A stretch of DNA of 64,000 nucleotides from an uncultured Bacteroidales bacterium (GCA_946186495.1 CAMHNQ010000007.1:8161-72160), one strand, 5' to 3'. Positions 1 to 9,339 are shown, counted from the stretch's first letter. The notes: a model not told the origin generated them from the letters alone. Translations and numbers: made by a program.

Positions 1-1868
1 TCGGCCTCAAAGTCTGCGTGTGGAAGCGGATGGAAAATCACCAGCACGGTGTCGCTGCTCCCGCAGCTGAGGTCTGCTTCGTTGTCCACGGATACGTTCA
101 GGATATATTCGCCGGAAGTGATGACCTCGATGGAGTCGCCCGTGTCTCCTGTATTCCAATAATATTGTGCGCCGTCAGTGGCGTAATTGGCCATGAGGAC
201 AGTGCTCTCGCCGGTGCAGAGATACTGATCAGGGCCAAGGTCGGGCTTGTAGGAGTTGATCAGTCGTATGCGGATGCTGTCCTTCACCCACGTCTCCTCG
301 CATCCGATAATGCTGTGGGCGAGAAGGAAGTAGTAGCCGGTGTCGGCCAAGGTGAGGTCACTGATGAGATAAGGCTCTTGGGTGAGTGTGTCGCCGCTTG
401 GGGTGACAAGGTGTACGGTGTCAATGTTCTCGGTGATGTAGTGGAATGCCACGGAATCGTGGAGGCAGTAGATCTCGCGCATGGCGATGTCGATGCGCCC
501 GATGCTGCTGTAGTCGCTGAAATAGCCCAAGGAGGAGGACATTCCGGAGTAGTAGTCGAGGATGCCGAGGTGGAACGGCCCCATGGAATTCTGTAGAATC
601 ATCACGGTCTGATTGGGTACGGAGGAGGCGAAGTCGCGGTAGCAGTACGACCAGCTGTTGTCATAGGGCAGAACGGTGAAGTAGGAGGCCGGGACAGGGA
701 TGTTGGTGCTGCCGACCGTCATGGTGAAGCCGTTGACGTAGATGGTGGGCACCACAATGGAGAGGCGCAGGTGGGTGGAGTAGGAGGGTCGTGCATAGAC
801 GACCTCCTGGGAACCTGTGCAGCCCAAGGCGGGCAGTTGCGTGCCGCCCGCTTCCCCGTCGGAACCGGTCACCTGGAACACGTGGATCGGCTTGTCGGAG
901 GTGACCATCGTCGCAATCGTCGGCGAGTTACTCGGCATGTATGTGAAACTCTGCCCCACATTCAGCGTGGCCGATGGCGTGGGACTGCCGTTGATAAAGA
1001 CGCGGGTGGAGTCTTGTGTGGGAATGATGCAGAGGTTTTCGAAAAGACGGTTGTTGTACATGGCGATGAAGAGGGTACCCGCATAATCGTTGGGTACAAT
1101 CTGCTCACCTACAAGGTCTTGGCCAGAGTATCCCGATATCTGGTTGCTGGCTACAGAGTCGTCGGTGGTGTTTACCGCAATGGGCTTGTCGGAGGTGATG
1201 CGCGTGTTTGTGAGATGCCCTGCGGCCGACTGGTCCAGAGACTTGATGCAATAGGATTGACCGGCATTGAGGGTGATGGTGATGGGTGTGCCGGCTGCAA
1301 TGCCGCCGGATAATGGCTGTGAAGGGATGATGGTGACTGTCGTGTTGTTTTCGGTGGCCACAATCTCAATGCTGTTGCGAGGATCCGAAGGAGGGCCGTC
1401 CACCAGGAAGTTCTGCATCGGGATGGTGAAGTCGGTGCCTAAACCGTTGCGCCCCTTCAACGTGTAAATCTCGCTGTTGTTCGCCCCTAACTGGTAGTAA
1501 GTCGTGATGTTGGCAGTGGAAACAATCTTGAATCCATGGTTGCAGACCGTGTTCACCGGTGCGGTGGAGACGGTGTTCTCCTGGTTGGTCACGTCCAGAG
1601 CGTAGTAACTGTAAGGGTTGAGGTTGACCGTGACAGGCGTGAACGCCGGGTTGGCCGGCTGGGAGATGGTGACGGTGGCCGGGCTGCTGAACGAGGTGAA
1701 GCAGAAGGTGATGGGATTGTGCGCGTGATTGGGTGAAATTTCCGGCGCTGCAAACCAGAACAGGTTGTCAATCTGCCCGCGAAGAGGCACGCTCATCGAC
1801 AAGAGGATGATAATGCCTAAAAGACCATGGAATCGGAGTATTCCTGATGGCAAATGCTGTTTGTTCAT
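1..1868 (-). CDS. Secreted multidomain surface protein, N-terminal ~620 aa only (the gene continues past the window start). It has an IgGFc-binding-N-terminal-like region and is probably a paralog of the T9SS type B cargo proteins.
   Basis: My own minus-strand translation from the ATG at 1868 reads MNKQHLPSGILRFHGLLGIIILLSMSVPLRGQIDNLFWFAAPEISPNHAHNPITFCF... and stays open to nt 1. It is absent from the ORF track because it has no stop codon in the window. The N-terminus looks like a signal peptide. The segment CLHDSVAFHYITENIDTVHLVTPSGDTLTQEPYLISDLTLADTGYYF matches CLHDDIVFNFTAQNVDSVHLITPSGDTLREQPFVIHDALVSDTGYYY in the 38507-40984 protein. Plus-strand ORFs 18-596 and 771-1313 are shadows of this gene. 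Confidence 0.75.
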   Translation of the reverse strand, partial: MNKQHLPSGILRFHGLLGIIILLSMSVPLRGQIDNLFWFAAPEISPNHAHNPITFCFTSFSSPATVTISQPANPAFTPVTVNLNPYSYYALDVTNQENTVSTAPVNTVCNHGFKIVSTANITTYYQLGANNSEIYTLKGRNGLGTDFTIPMQNFLVDGPPSDPRNSIEIVATENNTTVTIIPSQPLSGGIAAGTPITITLNAGQSYCIKSLDQSAAGHLTNTRITSDKPIAVNTTDDSVASNQISGYSGQDLVGEQIVPNDYAGTLFIAMYNNRLFENLCIIPTQDSTRVFINGSPTPSATLNVGQSFTYMPSNSPTIATMVTSDKPIHVFQVTGSDGEAGGTQLPALGCTGSQEVVYARPSYSTHLRLSIVVPTIYVNGFTMTVGSTNIPVPASYFTVLPYDNSWSYCYRDFASSVPNQTVMILQNSMGPFHLGILDYYSGMSSSLGYFSDYSSIGRIDIAMREIYCLHDSVAFHYITENIDTVHLVTPSGDTLTQEPYLISDLTLADTGYYFLLAHSIIGCEETWVKDSIRIRLINSYKPDLGPDQYLCTGESTVLMANYATDGAQYYWNTGDTGDSIEVITSGEYILNVSVDNEADLSCGSSDTVLVIFHPLPHADFEA

Positions 1869-1899
1869 ATGTTTATATATTATGTAGATTGTTGAGCGG

Positions 1900-1907
1900 C
1901 AAAGATA
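1900..1907 (-). promoter_or_regulatory. Bacteroidota -7 promoter box (TAtcTTTG on the minus strand)
   Basis: CAAAGATA on the plus strand is the reverse complement of TAnnTTTG. It lies 32 nt upstream of the ATG at 1868. Confidence 0.55.
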
Positions 1908-1937
1908 CATTTTTTTTATATGGGAGATAAGGGTCGC

Positions 1938-2693
1938 TTATGTTCCTTGACCTCCCAATCCTAAATAAGCGATTTGCTTGTACTCATACACGCGAACGCT
2001 GCCGTCGTGGTGCTCCAAGACCAGTCGGCCGTAATGGTCGATGTCGCGGATGATGCCGAGAACCTCCTCTCCGCCGACACGGTAGCGGTGAGGTTCGCCG
2101 TAACGGTACAGGTGCGAGATGTACTCCTCGCGGAGACTCTCCCTGTGCTTCATGGAGAGCTGCCGGCGGTGTGCCCGCAGCACTTCGAGGTACTCGTCCA
2201 TTAGCGTGTCAATGTCATGACGGACGCCGGTTTCGAGGAACAGGGAGGTGGGGTTCGGGATTTCCCGGGGGAAAGTCTCCTCGTTCACGTTGATGCCGAT
2301 ACCCGCCACGGTATAGTCGAGCCTCCCTCCGGTGACAGCGTGCTCAGTGAGGTCTCCAGCCAGCTTGCGGTCGTGGACGTACATGTCGTTGGGCCATTTG
2401 ATGAGGATGTCGGGTACGTACCTGGAAAGGAACGCACGGGTGGCCGTGGCGAACCAAAGGTTGAAGAGAAACTGGTCTCCAGCCGCGAGACCAGTGTCGA
2501 AACAGATGCTGGTCAAGATGTTACATCCACGCGTGCTGTGCCATGTGTTGTGCCCTGCCCCACGTCCATGCGACTGGAAATCTGTATAGACAGCCCATAG
2601 GTCGGGGACCGCCTCGCCACGCTGGCGCAACTCCCGAACATGCGACATGAGCCAGCTGTTGGTGGAAGGTATATCCGCTTTGAAATGCTTCAT
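1938..2693 (-). CDS. birA: Biotin--[acetyl-CoA-carboxylase] ligase
   Basis: Motifs GRGAGHNTWHS and IKWPNDMYV..RKLAGDL are typical of BPL/LplA-type biotin protein ligases. I place the start at the ATG (MKHFKADIP) rather than the upstream TTG used in the ORF track. Confidence 0.85.
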   Translation of the reverse strand: MKHFKADIPSTNSWLMSHVRELRQRGEAVPDLWAVYTDFQSHGRGAGHNTWHSTRGCNILTSICFDTGLAAGDQFLFNLWFATATRAFLSRYVPDILIKWPNDMYVHDRKLAGDLTEHAVTGGRLDYTVAGIGINVNEETFPREIPNPTSLFLETGVRHDIDTLMDEYLEVLRAHRRQLSMKHRESLREEYISHLYRYGEPHRYRVGGEEVLGIIRDIDHYGRLVLEHHDGSVRVYEYKQIAYLGLGGQGT

Positions 2694-2738
2694 TGTCTGT
2701 TTGTGGTTATTGTCAAAATAATCTGCTGAACCAAACGG

Positions 2739-2746
2739 CAAAAATA
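2739..2746 (-). promoter_or_regulatory. -7 promoter box for birA
   Basis: CAAAAATA on the plus strand, 46 nt upstream of the ATG at 2693. It sits back-to-back with the plus-strand box at 2748-2755. Confidence 0.5.
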
Positions 2747-2747
2747 C

Positions 2748-2755
2748 TATTTTTG
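2748..2755 (+). promoter_or_regulatory. -7 promoter box (TATTTTTG) for the lipoprotein gene at 2784
   Basis: Exact TAnnTTTG match, 29 nt upstream of the ATG at 2784. Confidence 0.55.
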
Positions 2756-2783
2756 CCGTTTGAAATAAAGGAATATAAAGAAT

Positions 2784-3476
2784 ATGAAAAAGCTGAATTT
2801 TATATTAGGACTTGTCCTTGTCGCGGTTGCGACCCTCTGCTCCTGCAAAGATGAAACTGGTGATTTTGTGGAACAACTTTATACGAATAGCCAGAAGGAG
2901 ACGGCAATAAAAGCCTGTTTGCGGGCATCGGCCGACAGCGCCTTCCGCCACCTCTGTGTCGTCGACGGCTTCTACAGCTATAAGGACTCAGCCTATTGCA
3001 TCGACTACATAGAGCTCCAGAACTCCCTTTTCGACACGCTTTCGAATCATGGTTACGGCAACCTGGCAGACACCCTCATTTTGTTCACCAACCGCATGGC
3101 GGAGAGTTGTGGCGCACAGCTCTCCCCCAGCTTCAAGACAGCGATCGAGGAGTTGGAAATCATCGACTATGATCGTCTGCTCAACGGTGACGACGGCTCC
3201 ATTACTGAATATTTCCGCCTCTATAAGTCGGATTATCTGAAGAGCGCATTCCAGTCCCCCATAGCTATCCGAATGGCCCTCTACCGGGTGAACGAGACAT
3301 GGAACGAGATGATGCGGATATATGTGCAATATTCCACCATCCCTTTGAATTTTGACATTCAAAACTATCTGATTAATAGTATGTTGAATTCTTTTATCCA
3401 AGAGATGCGTGTTGAAGAGTCCCTCGTTCGTCACGACAGCACGCACCGGGACACCTATATGTTGCCGTTTGAGTAA
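2784..3476 (+). CDS. Hypothetical lipoprotein
   Basis: N-terminal MKKLNFILGLVLVAVATLCSCKD looks like a signal peptide plus lipobox Cys. The rest has ordinary coding-like composition. I recognise no family. Confidence 0.7.
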   Translation: MKKLNFILGLVLVAVATLCSCKDETGDFVEQLYTNSQKETAIKACLRASADSAFRHLCVVDGFYSYKDSAYCIDYIELQNSLFDTLSNHGYGNLADTLILFTNRMAESCGAQLSPSFKTAIEELEIIDYDRLLNGDDGSITEYFRLYKSDYLKSAFQSPIAIRMALYRVNETWNEMMRIYVQYSTIPLNFDIQNYLINSMLNSFIQEMRVEESLVRHDSTHRDTYMLPFE

Positions 3477-3502
3477 GCCTTTTCCACGAATAGTGCATAA
3501 CA

Positions 3503-4786
3503 ATGACCAAAGAAGAAAGAGCAAGGATTATCGCGCTGGTGAAGCGTGAAGTGGTGCCTGCGATTGGGTGTACAGAACCGATGGCTGTTGCCCTGGCAGT
3601 TGCTAAGGCCAAGGAGGTTCTGGGCGGTTTGCCCAAACAGGTCGCCGTTTCCCTGAGTGCCAACATGTTGAAGAATGCCATGGGGGTCGGAATCCCAGGC
3701 ACCGGTATGGTGGGGCTGCCCATCGCCATCGCCCTCGGTGCACTCATCGGAAAGTCTGAGTACCAATTGGAAGTACTCAAGGACGTGACACCCGAGCTGG
3801 TGGAGAAGGGCAGGGAGTATATTGCCCAGAACCGCATCAAAATCATGCAGAAGAAGGATGTCGCCGAAAAACTGTTCATAGAGGTCGAATGCCATAATGG
3901 TGAAGACAATGCCACAGTGATTATCAGCGGGATGCACACCCATTTCAGCTATGTTGCCAAGAATGGGGAGACTCTGTTGGATGAAAGGTCGAAGGCATCC
4001 GATGCGAATGTTGATTCTTGTGACCCGAAGTTGGACATGCGGACGGTCTATGACTTCGCGATGACCGCCCCGATACAGGAGATTCACTTCATATTGGAGA
4101 GTGCCGAGTTAAACAAGAAAGCGGCGGAGATGTCGCTTAACCACCATTACGGCCATGGACTGGGCCGCACCATTTTCATGGAGCCAAAGGCGCAGTTTTT
4201 CGGCAATGGGGTCTATTCCAAGATATTGTCTTACACTTCAGCGGCTTGCGATGCCCGCATGGCCGGTGTGAAAGTTCCCGTGATGAGCAATTCCGGCAGC
4301 GGTAACCAGGGCATCGCGGCGACCTTGCCCGTTTGGGTGTTCGCCAAAGAACGCCTGAAATCCGAGGAGGAACTGATAAGGGCGTTGATGCTCAGTCATT
4401 TGACGGTAGTGTACATAAAGCAGAGCTTCGGCCGCCTCTCCCCGCTTTGCGGGTGTGTCGTGGCCGCCACTGGTTCCGCCTGCGGGCTTACCTATCTGCT
4501 TGGTGGCACCTATGAACAAATCGTGTATGCGGTGAAGAACATGATTGCCAACATCACGGGTATGATCTGCGATGGGGCGAAACCGAGTTGCTCGCTGAAA
4601 GTCGCCACGGGTGTCTCCACAGCAGTACTCTCTTCCATGCTGGCCATTGACGACGAGGTGGTCACCCCTGCCGAAGGCATCATTGACGAGGATGTGGACA
4701 AATGTGTGCAGAACATGGCCGACATTGGCCTGTACGGAATGAAGGCCACCGACAGCCTCGTGCTCGACATTATGACGCAGAAGTGA
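3503..4786 (+). CDS. UPF0597 / L-cysteine desulfidase family protein (serine dehydratase alpha-chain-like)
   Basis: The N-terminus ...VKREVVPAIGCTEPMAVALAVAKA... and the later SNSGSGNQGI and CDGAKPSCSLK segments are characteristic of this family. The length (427 aa) also fits. Confidence 0.8.
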   Translation: MTKEERARIIALVKREVVPAIGCTEPMAVALAVAKAKEVLGGLPKQVAVSLSANMLKNAMGVGIPGTGMVGLPIAIALGALIGKSEYQLEVLKDVTPELVEKGREYIAQNRIKIMQKKDVAEKLFIEVECHNGEDNATVIISGMHTHFSYVAKNGETLLDERSKASDANVDSCDPKLDMRTVYDFAMTAPIQEIHFILESAELNKKAAEMSLNHHYGHGLGRTIFMEPKAQFFGNGVYSKILSYTSAACDARMAGVKVPVMSNSGSGNQGIAATLPVWVFAKERLKSEEELIRALMLSHLTVVYIKQSFGRLSPLCGCVVAATGSACGLTYLLGGTYEQIVYAVKNMIANITGMICDGAKPSCSLKVATGVSTAVLSSMLAIDDEVVTPAEGIIDEDVDKCVQNMADIGLYGMKATDSLVLDIMTQK

Positions 4787-5222
4787 CCGTCTGCTTGTAT
4801 GTCGTTTCCATGATTTGTGCGGAATCGGCGCTCTTCGTGGAGAAGGAGAGAGCCAGCATGGAGAGGTTCAACGCCTTAGTGCTGAAGGCCGTCACCGGGC
4901 TGGTCATCAGCTTCAAAGCCTGCTCGTTCAGCTCGGCGGTCTTGAAGTCTACCAGTTCCTGAACGGAAGGAAGTTGAGGAAGCTGTTTCATTATGTCCGC
5001 CATGGAGGTTAGGGCTTCCTGCACTTGCATCTCTTCAGCATCTTTGGGAGTCTTGTTTTGTTCTATCGCTTTCACCGTTTTGTCGGTGGCTTTCTCGACC
5101 GCCTTTTCAGCGGCCTTTTGCGCCGCTTTGTTAGCGGCCTGGCGCAGGACACCGCCTAACTGGGCGTTTGCTGTGAACGTGCAGATAATCAGACAGAAGA
5201 TTGATAATAAACCTTTTTTCAT
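4770..5222 (-). CDS. Small secreted protein, function unknown
   Basis: Start placed at MKKGLLSIFCLIICTFTANAQ (signal peptide), followed by an Ala/Lys/Glu-rich helical-looking region. The 313-aa track ORF extends upstream through an AT-rich spacer and across the rpsA terminator, so I treat that extension as non-coding. Confidence 0.6.
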   Translation of the reverse strand: MKKGLLSIFCLIICTFTANAQLGGVLRQAANKAAQKAAEKAVEKATDKTVKAIEQNKTPKDAEEMQVQEALTSMADIMKQLPQLPSVQELVDFKTAELNEQALKLMTSPVTAFSTKALNLSMLALSFSTKSADSAQIMETTYKQTVTSAS

Positions 5223-5333
5223 GATGTTGTTGTCTATGAATGCGCGGTAAAATAGTAAAATTATGGATATTTTTTTTATCTTTTTTGTTTTTTCTGATAT
5301 TGCATCTGTCCCGTATTTATATATGGATAGGGC

Positions 5334-5362
5334 AAAAAAAAGACGGCCAATGACGGCCGTCT
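5334..5362 (-). terminator. Intrinsic terminator downstream of rpsA
   Basis: Hairpin agacggcc-aatgac-ggccgtct (8-bp stem). On the minus strand it is followed by a T7-8 run. Confidence 0.75.
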
Positions 5363-5385
5363 TTCTTTGATATAGGATGGAAATG

Positions 5386-7338
5386 TTATTTTCCTTCTTT
5401 TTCGAGGTCCTCTTTGAGGGATTGAAGGATGTTGAGGTCTCCGAGAGTGACTTTCTCCACATTGCTTTCGTTGACTTTTTGGATGTCACGCTCTTTCTGT
5501 CTTTCCTCGTCATTCTTGGCTCTCTCTTCAGTATCTCTGTCGGGTTGCCAGGTCTTGGTGTGGGAAAGGTGGATTTTTTTGGCATCCTTGGAGAAATCGA
5601 CAACCATGAACGGGAGGGTTTCGCCTTCCTTAGCGGTGGTCTTGTCCTCCTTGAGCAGGTGGCGGTTGAAAGCGAAGCCTTCGATGTTGTGAGGCAGCAT
5701 GACGGTCGCACCTTTGTCGTTCAGCCCGGTGACAGTACCTTGGTGCACGGAACCGACGGTGAAGATGGTTTCATAGACATCCCAAGGGTTCTCTTCCAGT
5801 TGTTTGTGGCCTAAGCTGAGACGGCGGTTTTCGGTGTCGACTTCAAGGACGACCACGTCGATGGATTCGCCCACTTTCGTGAATTCGGCCGGATGTTTGA
5901 TCTTCTTGTTCCAGGAGAGATCCGAGATGTGGATGAGGCCGTCAACGCCCTCTTCGAGTTCCACAAAGATACCGAAGGTGGTGAAGTTGCGGACAGTTGC
6001 GGTATGGCGGGAACCGACCGGGTATTTCTCCAGAATGTCAGCCCACGGGTCAGGGATGAGTTGTTTGATGCCGAGAGACATCTTCTGGCCTTCGCGGTCG
6101 AGGGTGAGCACAACGGCTTCCACTTCATCGCCGACCTTGAGGAAGTCGTGAGCGGTGCGCAGGTGCTGTGACCAGGACATTTCGGAAACATGGATGAGGC
6201 CTTCGACACCAGGGAGGATTTCCACGAAAGCGCCGTAGTCGGTGATGACGACCACTTTGCCTTTGACCTTGTCACCCACCTTCAAGTTGGGATCGAGTTT
6301 CTCCCAAGGTTGAGGAGTGAGTTGCTTGAGACCCAAGGCGATACGCTTCTTGCCCTCTTCGAAATTAAGGATGACGACGTTGACTTTCTGGTCAAGTTCC
6401 ACCACTTCGGAGGGGTGGTTGATGCGGCCCCAAGAAAGGTCGGTGATGTGGATGAGGCCGTCCAGGCCGCCGAGGTCGACGAAAGCGCCGTAGGAGACGA
6501 TATTCTTGACGGTACCTTCGAGGATTTGGCCGACTTCGAGCTTGCTGATGATTTCTGCCTTTTGGGCTTCGATTTCAGCTTCGATGAGGGCTTTGTGGGA
6601 GACGACAACGTTCTTGTAGTCGTGGTTGATCTTCACGACCTTGAACTCCATGGTCTTGCCGACATAGACATCGAAGTCGCGAATCTGTTTCACGTCTATC
6701 TGGGAACCGGGCAGGAAGGCTTCGATACCGAATACATCGACAATGAGACCGCCTTTCGTCTTGCCTTTCACGTAACCGGTGATGACTTCTTGGTTGTCGA
6801 ATGCTTCGTTGACGCGCTGCCATGACTTCAGGATGAGGGCGCGTTTGTGAGAGAGTTGCATTTGGCCGTTGGCATCCTCTTGGCTTTCCACGTATACCTC
6901 GATCTCGTCGCCGATCTTGAGGTCCTTGTTGTAGCGGAGTTCGGAGGCGTTGATGACGCCGTCGGATTTGAAGCCGATGTTGATGACCACTTCGCGGTCG
7001 TTGATGGAGACGACCTTGCCGGTGATGACGTCACCTTGTTCGAGCGACTTGAAGGACTTGGTGTAAACATCCTCTAAGCGGTTCTGCTCTTCTTTGGAAT
7101 AGCGGTCGTTCTGGTCAGAAACCTTGTCCCAGCTGAAATTCTCGAGGGCGTTGGCATAAGCGTTCTCAAAGTCGCGCATTTTGCGGGGGGCTTTGGGGGC
7201 CTTCTCCTCGGCGGGGGCCTCTTCGGTCATGGGAAGGGCTTCCTCGGCTACGTTTTCAGCTACGTTTTCGGCAACGTTCTCCACGTTTTGTGCAATTTCT
7301 TGAGTCTGTTCAGGAGCATTCAATAATTCTTCTGACAT
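5386..7338 (-). CDS. rpsA: 30S ribosomal protein S1
   Basis: Six repeated S1 OB-fold modules (...G.V..I...GAFV.L..GV.GL.H.SE.S...). N- and C-terminal acidic extensions, including NVAENVAENVAE. Confidence 0.95.
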   Translation of the reverse strand: MSEELLNAPEQTQEIAQNVENVAENVAENVAEEALPMTEEAPAEEKAPKAPRKMRDFENAYANALENFSWDKVSDQNDRYSKEEQNRLEDVYTKSFKSLEQGDVITGKVVSINDREVVINIGFKSDGVINASELRYNKDLKIGDEIEVYVESQEDANGQMQLSHKRALILKSWQRVNEAFDNQEVITGYVKGKTKGGLIVDVFGIEAFLPGSQIDVKQIRDFDVYVGKTMEFKVVKINHDYKNVVVSHKALIEAEIEAQKAEIISKLEVGQILEGTVKNIVSYGAFVDLGGLDGLIHITDLSWGRINHPSEVVELDQKVNVVILNFEEGKKRIALGLKQLTPQPWEKLDPNLKVGDKVKGKVVVITDYGAFVEILPGVEGLIHVSEMSWSQHLRTAHDFLKVGDEVEAVVLTLDREGQKMSLGIKQLIPDPWADILEKYPVGSRHTATVRNFTTFGIFVELEEGVDGLIHISDLSWNKKIKHPAEFTKVGESIDVVVLEVDTENRRLSLGHKQLEENPWDVYETIFTVGSVHQGTVTGLNDKGATVMLPHNIEGFAFNRHLLKEDKTTAKEGETLPFMVVDFSKDAKKIHLSHTKTWQPDRDTEERAKNDEERQKERDIQKVNESNVEKVTLGDLNILQSLKEDLEKEGK

Positions 7339-7441
7339 AAAAGGGTTGTCTCAAATTAGCCTGAGACTGGGCTTTTTTAAGATGAAACAATGAGGTTAAT
7401 TGTTTAGGAATCAATTGAAGAGCCTCTTTCAATTGAAGCGG

Positions 7442-7449
7442 CAAAAGTA
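7442..7449 (-). promoter_or_regulatory. -7 promoter box for rpsA
   Basis: CAAAAGTA on the plus strand (TActTTTG on the minus strand), about 100 nt upstream of the rpsA ATG. This leaves a leader that contains the hairpin gtctca...tgagac at 7348-7367. Confidence 0.5.
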
Positions 7450-7509
7450 CAAAAAAAATGCAGACGAAAAAAATTTTTTTTATGGTGAGGTTCGGATTGA
7501 AAAAAAGTG

Positions 7510-7517
7510 TATTTTTG
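7510..7517 (+). promoter_or_regulatory. -7 promoter box (TATTTTTG) for tRNA-Met
   Basis: Exact TAnnTTTG match, 14 nt upstream of the tRNA 5' end. Confidence 0.6.
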
Positions 7518-7530
7518 CAGCCTGAAACAT

Positions 7531-7603
<73 letters not shown>

Positions 7604-7611
7604 GAAATCTG

Positions 7612-7651
7612 GCGCAACTTGCTGTAAAACAGGATGTTGCGCTAATTTTTT
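7612..7651 (+). terminator. Intrinsic terminator after tRNA-Met
   Basis: Stem gcgcaac / gttgcgc with a 17-nt loop, followed by taatttttt. Confidence 0.65.
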
Positions 7652-7815
7652 GAAGCCCGAACGGGACAGGATCGGGACAGTTCTCACAATCCTTTCCAAT
7701 GCCCAAAAACACCATGCCTTCAATCCTGCTTGGTTTCAGGTCTGCCACTTGCCACAAAGTCAATGAAATCTGCCTGCGTACAATAGCTAAGCTATAGCAG
7801 TGTGCACGTTTCATT

Positions 7816-7855
7816 TTTATTATATGGTAAACAGGTTTATTATATGGTAAACAGG
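7816..7855. repeat. Perfect 20-bp tandem duplication (tttattatatggtaaacagg x2)
   Basis: Read directly: 7816-7835 is identical to 7836-7855. Confidence 0.95.
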
Positions 7856-7870
7856 GTGCCAATTGGCCTG

Positions 7871-7917
7871 AACGAAAAGCCCCTGGGGATGACAGCGCGA
7901 TGGCCTCCCCAGGGGGC
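7871..7917 (-). terminator. Hairpin terminator candidate downstream of the aldo/keto reductase gene
   Basis: gcccctgggga ... tccccagggggc forms an 11-bp stem with one bulge. On the minus strand it is followed by cttttcgtt. Confidence 0.5.
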
Positions 7918-8063
7918 TATGGCATTACACCCTTCATTGACTATCCCAATAGTGGGTTCGGAGCGGATGTCGGCAAGTTAGGAGAATCAGCTTGCAGGCA
8001 GCGGGAGAACCTGTTTTCTAAATAGGTAGGAATCCAAAAACAATCATCAAGGCAGTGTCTCCG

Positions 8064-9308
8064 TCAATACCCGAACACTGCCTGCGCCTCGTCCATCTTT
8101 TCCCGCACGGGCACGCCGAATGGGCATCGCTCCTCGCACTGGCCGCAGCCCACGCAGTCGCCGGCATGATGCTCTAACTTCTTGTACTTGGCCGCGAGTT
8201 CCTCGCTCACCACGCCGCCGTTCTGCTGCGCCTCGTCCAACAGCTCGTTCACCGCCGCGATGTCGATGCCTATCGGGCAGGGGGCGCAATGGTTGCAGTA
8301 GGTGCAGCCGGTGCTGCCCGCGGTGGTTTGGGCGGTCTCCTTGTTGAGGGCGGCATTGTAGTCCTTTTCCTCGTCGGTGGCCTTCAGGTAGTGCAGGTCG
8401 GCTTCCAACTCCTCGATGTTGTCGGCGCCGCAGATGGCCACGGACACGCACGGTTTCGCCATGCAGTAGGCAATGCACTGCACCGGCGAGAGGGCGACTT
8501 TCAAGGGCGACTTCTCGGCCTCAAGCAGCTTGCCGCCGCCGCCGAACACCTTCATCACCGTGATGGCGATGTTGTGCTGGGCGCAGTAGTCGTAGAGTTC
8601 CACGCGCACAGGGTCGATGCCGGGCAGCATGTTCTCGAAGCTCTTCGGGTCCCACGGGTTGTTGCCCGACAGCACGCGGTCGAACGCGGGGTTGAGACTG
8701 AACATGATGACCTCCACGAGCCCGCTCTTGGCGGCCGCGAGTGCCACTTCCGCGTTATGGCTGCTCATGCCGATATGCTGGATCTTGCCCTGCTTTTTGA
8801 GGCTCTTCACATACTCCAAGTAGGGGCTGCCCTCCAAGGCTTTCCAGTCCTCCATGTTGTCGATGATGTGAATCATGCCCACCTCGATGTGGTCGGTGCC
8901 GAGCCGTTCGAGCAGGTCGTTGAACCCCTTCTTGCACTGCTCCACGTCGCGAGTGCGTTCGTAACTGGAGCCGTTCCACCAGCAACCCACATGGCCCTGG
9001 ATTACCATCTCGTCGCGGCGGCCCTTGAGGGCGTAGCCGATGTTGCTGCGCACCGTGGGGTCTGCGTCGTAGATGTCGATGTAGTTCACACCGTGGTCGA
9101 GGGCGTAGGCCATGTACTTCCGCGCCTCGGCAGTGTCCATCTTGCCGAACGCTCCACAGCCGATGCCGATCTCGCCGACGCGGATGCCGGTGCTGCCCAA
9201 TGTGCGGTAGGACATGTCGGGGTTTTCTTTGAAAGCCTGCTTCTTCTGGCAGGAGATGCTCACCAGTGCTAACAGGATGAGCAGGATGGGAGTCATGATT
9301 CTTTTCAT
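8064..9308 (-). CDS. Aldo/keto reductase with a C-terminal 4Fe-4S ferredoxin-type Cys motif. The N-terminus is lipoprotein-like if the long start is used.
   Basis: AKR-like core (YRTLGSTGIRVGEIGIGCG..., GVNYIDIYD, HIGMSSHN). C-terminal CTYCNHCAPCP ... CVGCGQCEERCP. Start chosen at MKRIMTPILLILLALVSISCQ, downstream of the promoter box. An alternative internal start is MSYRTLG at 9215. Confidence 0.8.
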   Translation of the reverse strand: MKRIMTPILLILLALVSISCQKKQAFKENPDMSYRTLGSTGIRVGEIGIGCGAFGKMDTAEARKYMAYALDHGVNYIDIYDADPTVRSNIGYALKGRRDEMVIQGHVGCWWNGSSYERTRDVEQCKKGFNDLLERLGTDHIEVGMIHIIDNMEDWKALEGSPYLEYVKSLKKQGKIQHIGMSSHNAEVALAAAKSGLVEVIMFSLNPAFDRVLSGNNPWDPKSFENMLPGIDPVRVELYDYCAQHNIAITVMKVFGGGGKLLEAEKSPLKVALSPVQCIAYCMAKPCVSVAICGADNIEELEADLHYLKATDEEKDYNAALNKETAQTTAGSTGCTYCNHCAPCPIGIDIAAVNELLDEAQQNGGVVSEELAAKYKKLEHHAGDCVGCGQCEERCPFGVPVREKMDEAQAVFGY

Positions 9309-9331
9309 TGATTCATTTTTTTTTGAAAGCG

Positions 9332-9339
9332 CAAAAATA
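9332..9339 (-). promoter_or_regulatory. -7 promoter box for the aldo/keto reductase gene
   Basis: CAAAAATA on the plus strand, 24 nt upstream of the ATG at 9308. Confidence 0.55.

Noticed and set aside
5223-5711. Upstream part of the 313-aa minus-strand ORF 4770-5711
   Set aside because: It runs through the AT-rich spacer and the rpsA terminator and into the 3' end of rpsA. Only the part from MKKGLLSIF (5222) looks like a real, signal-peptide-bearing protein.
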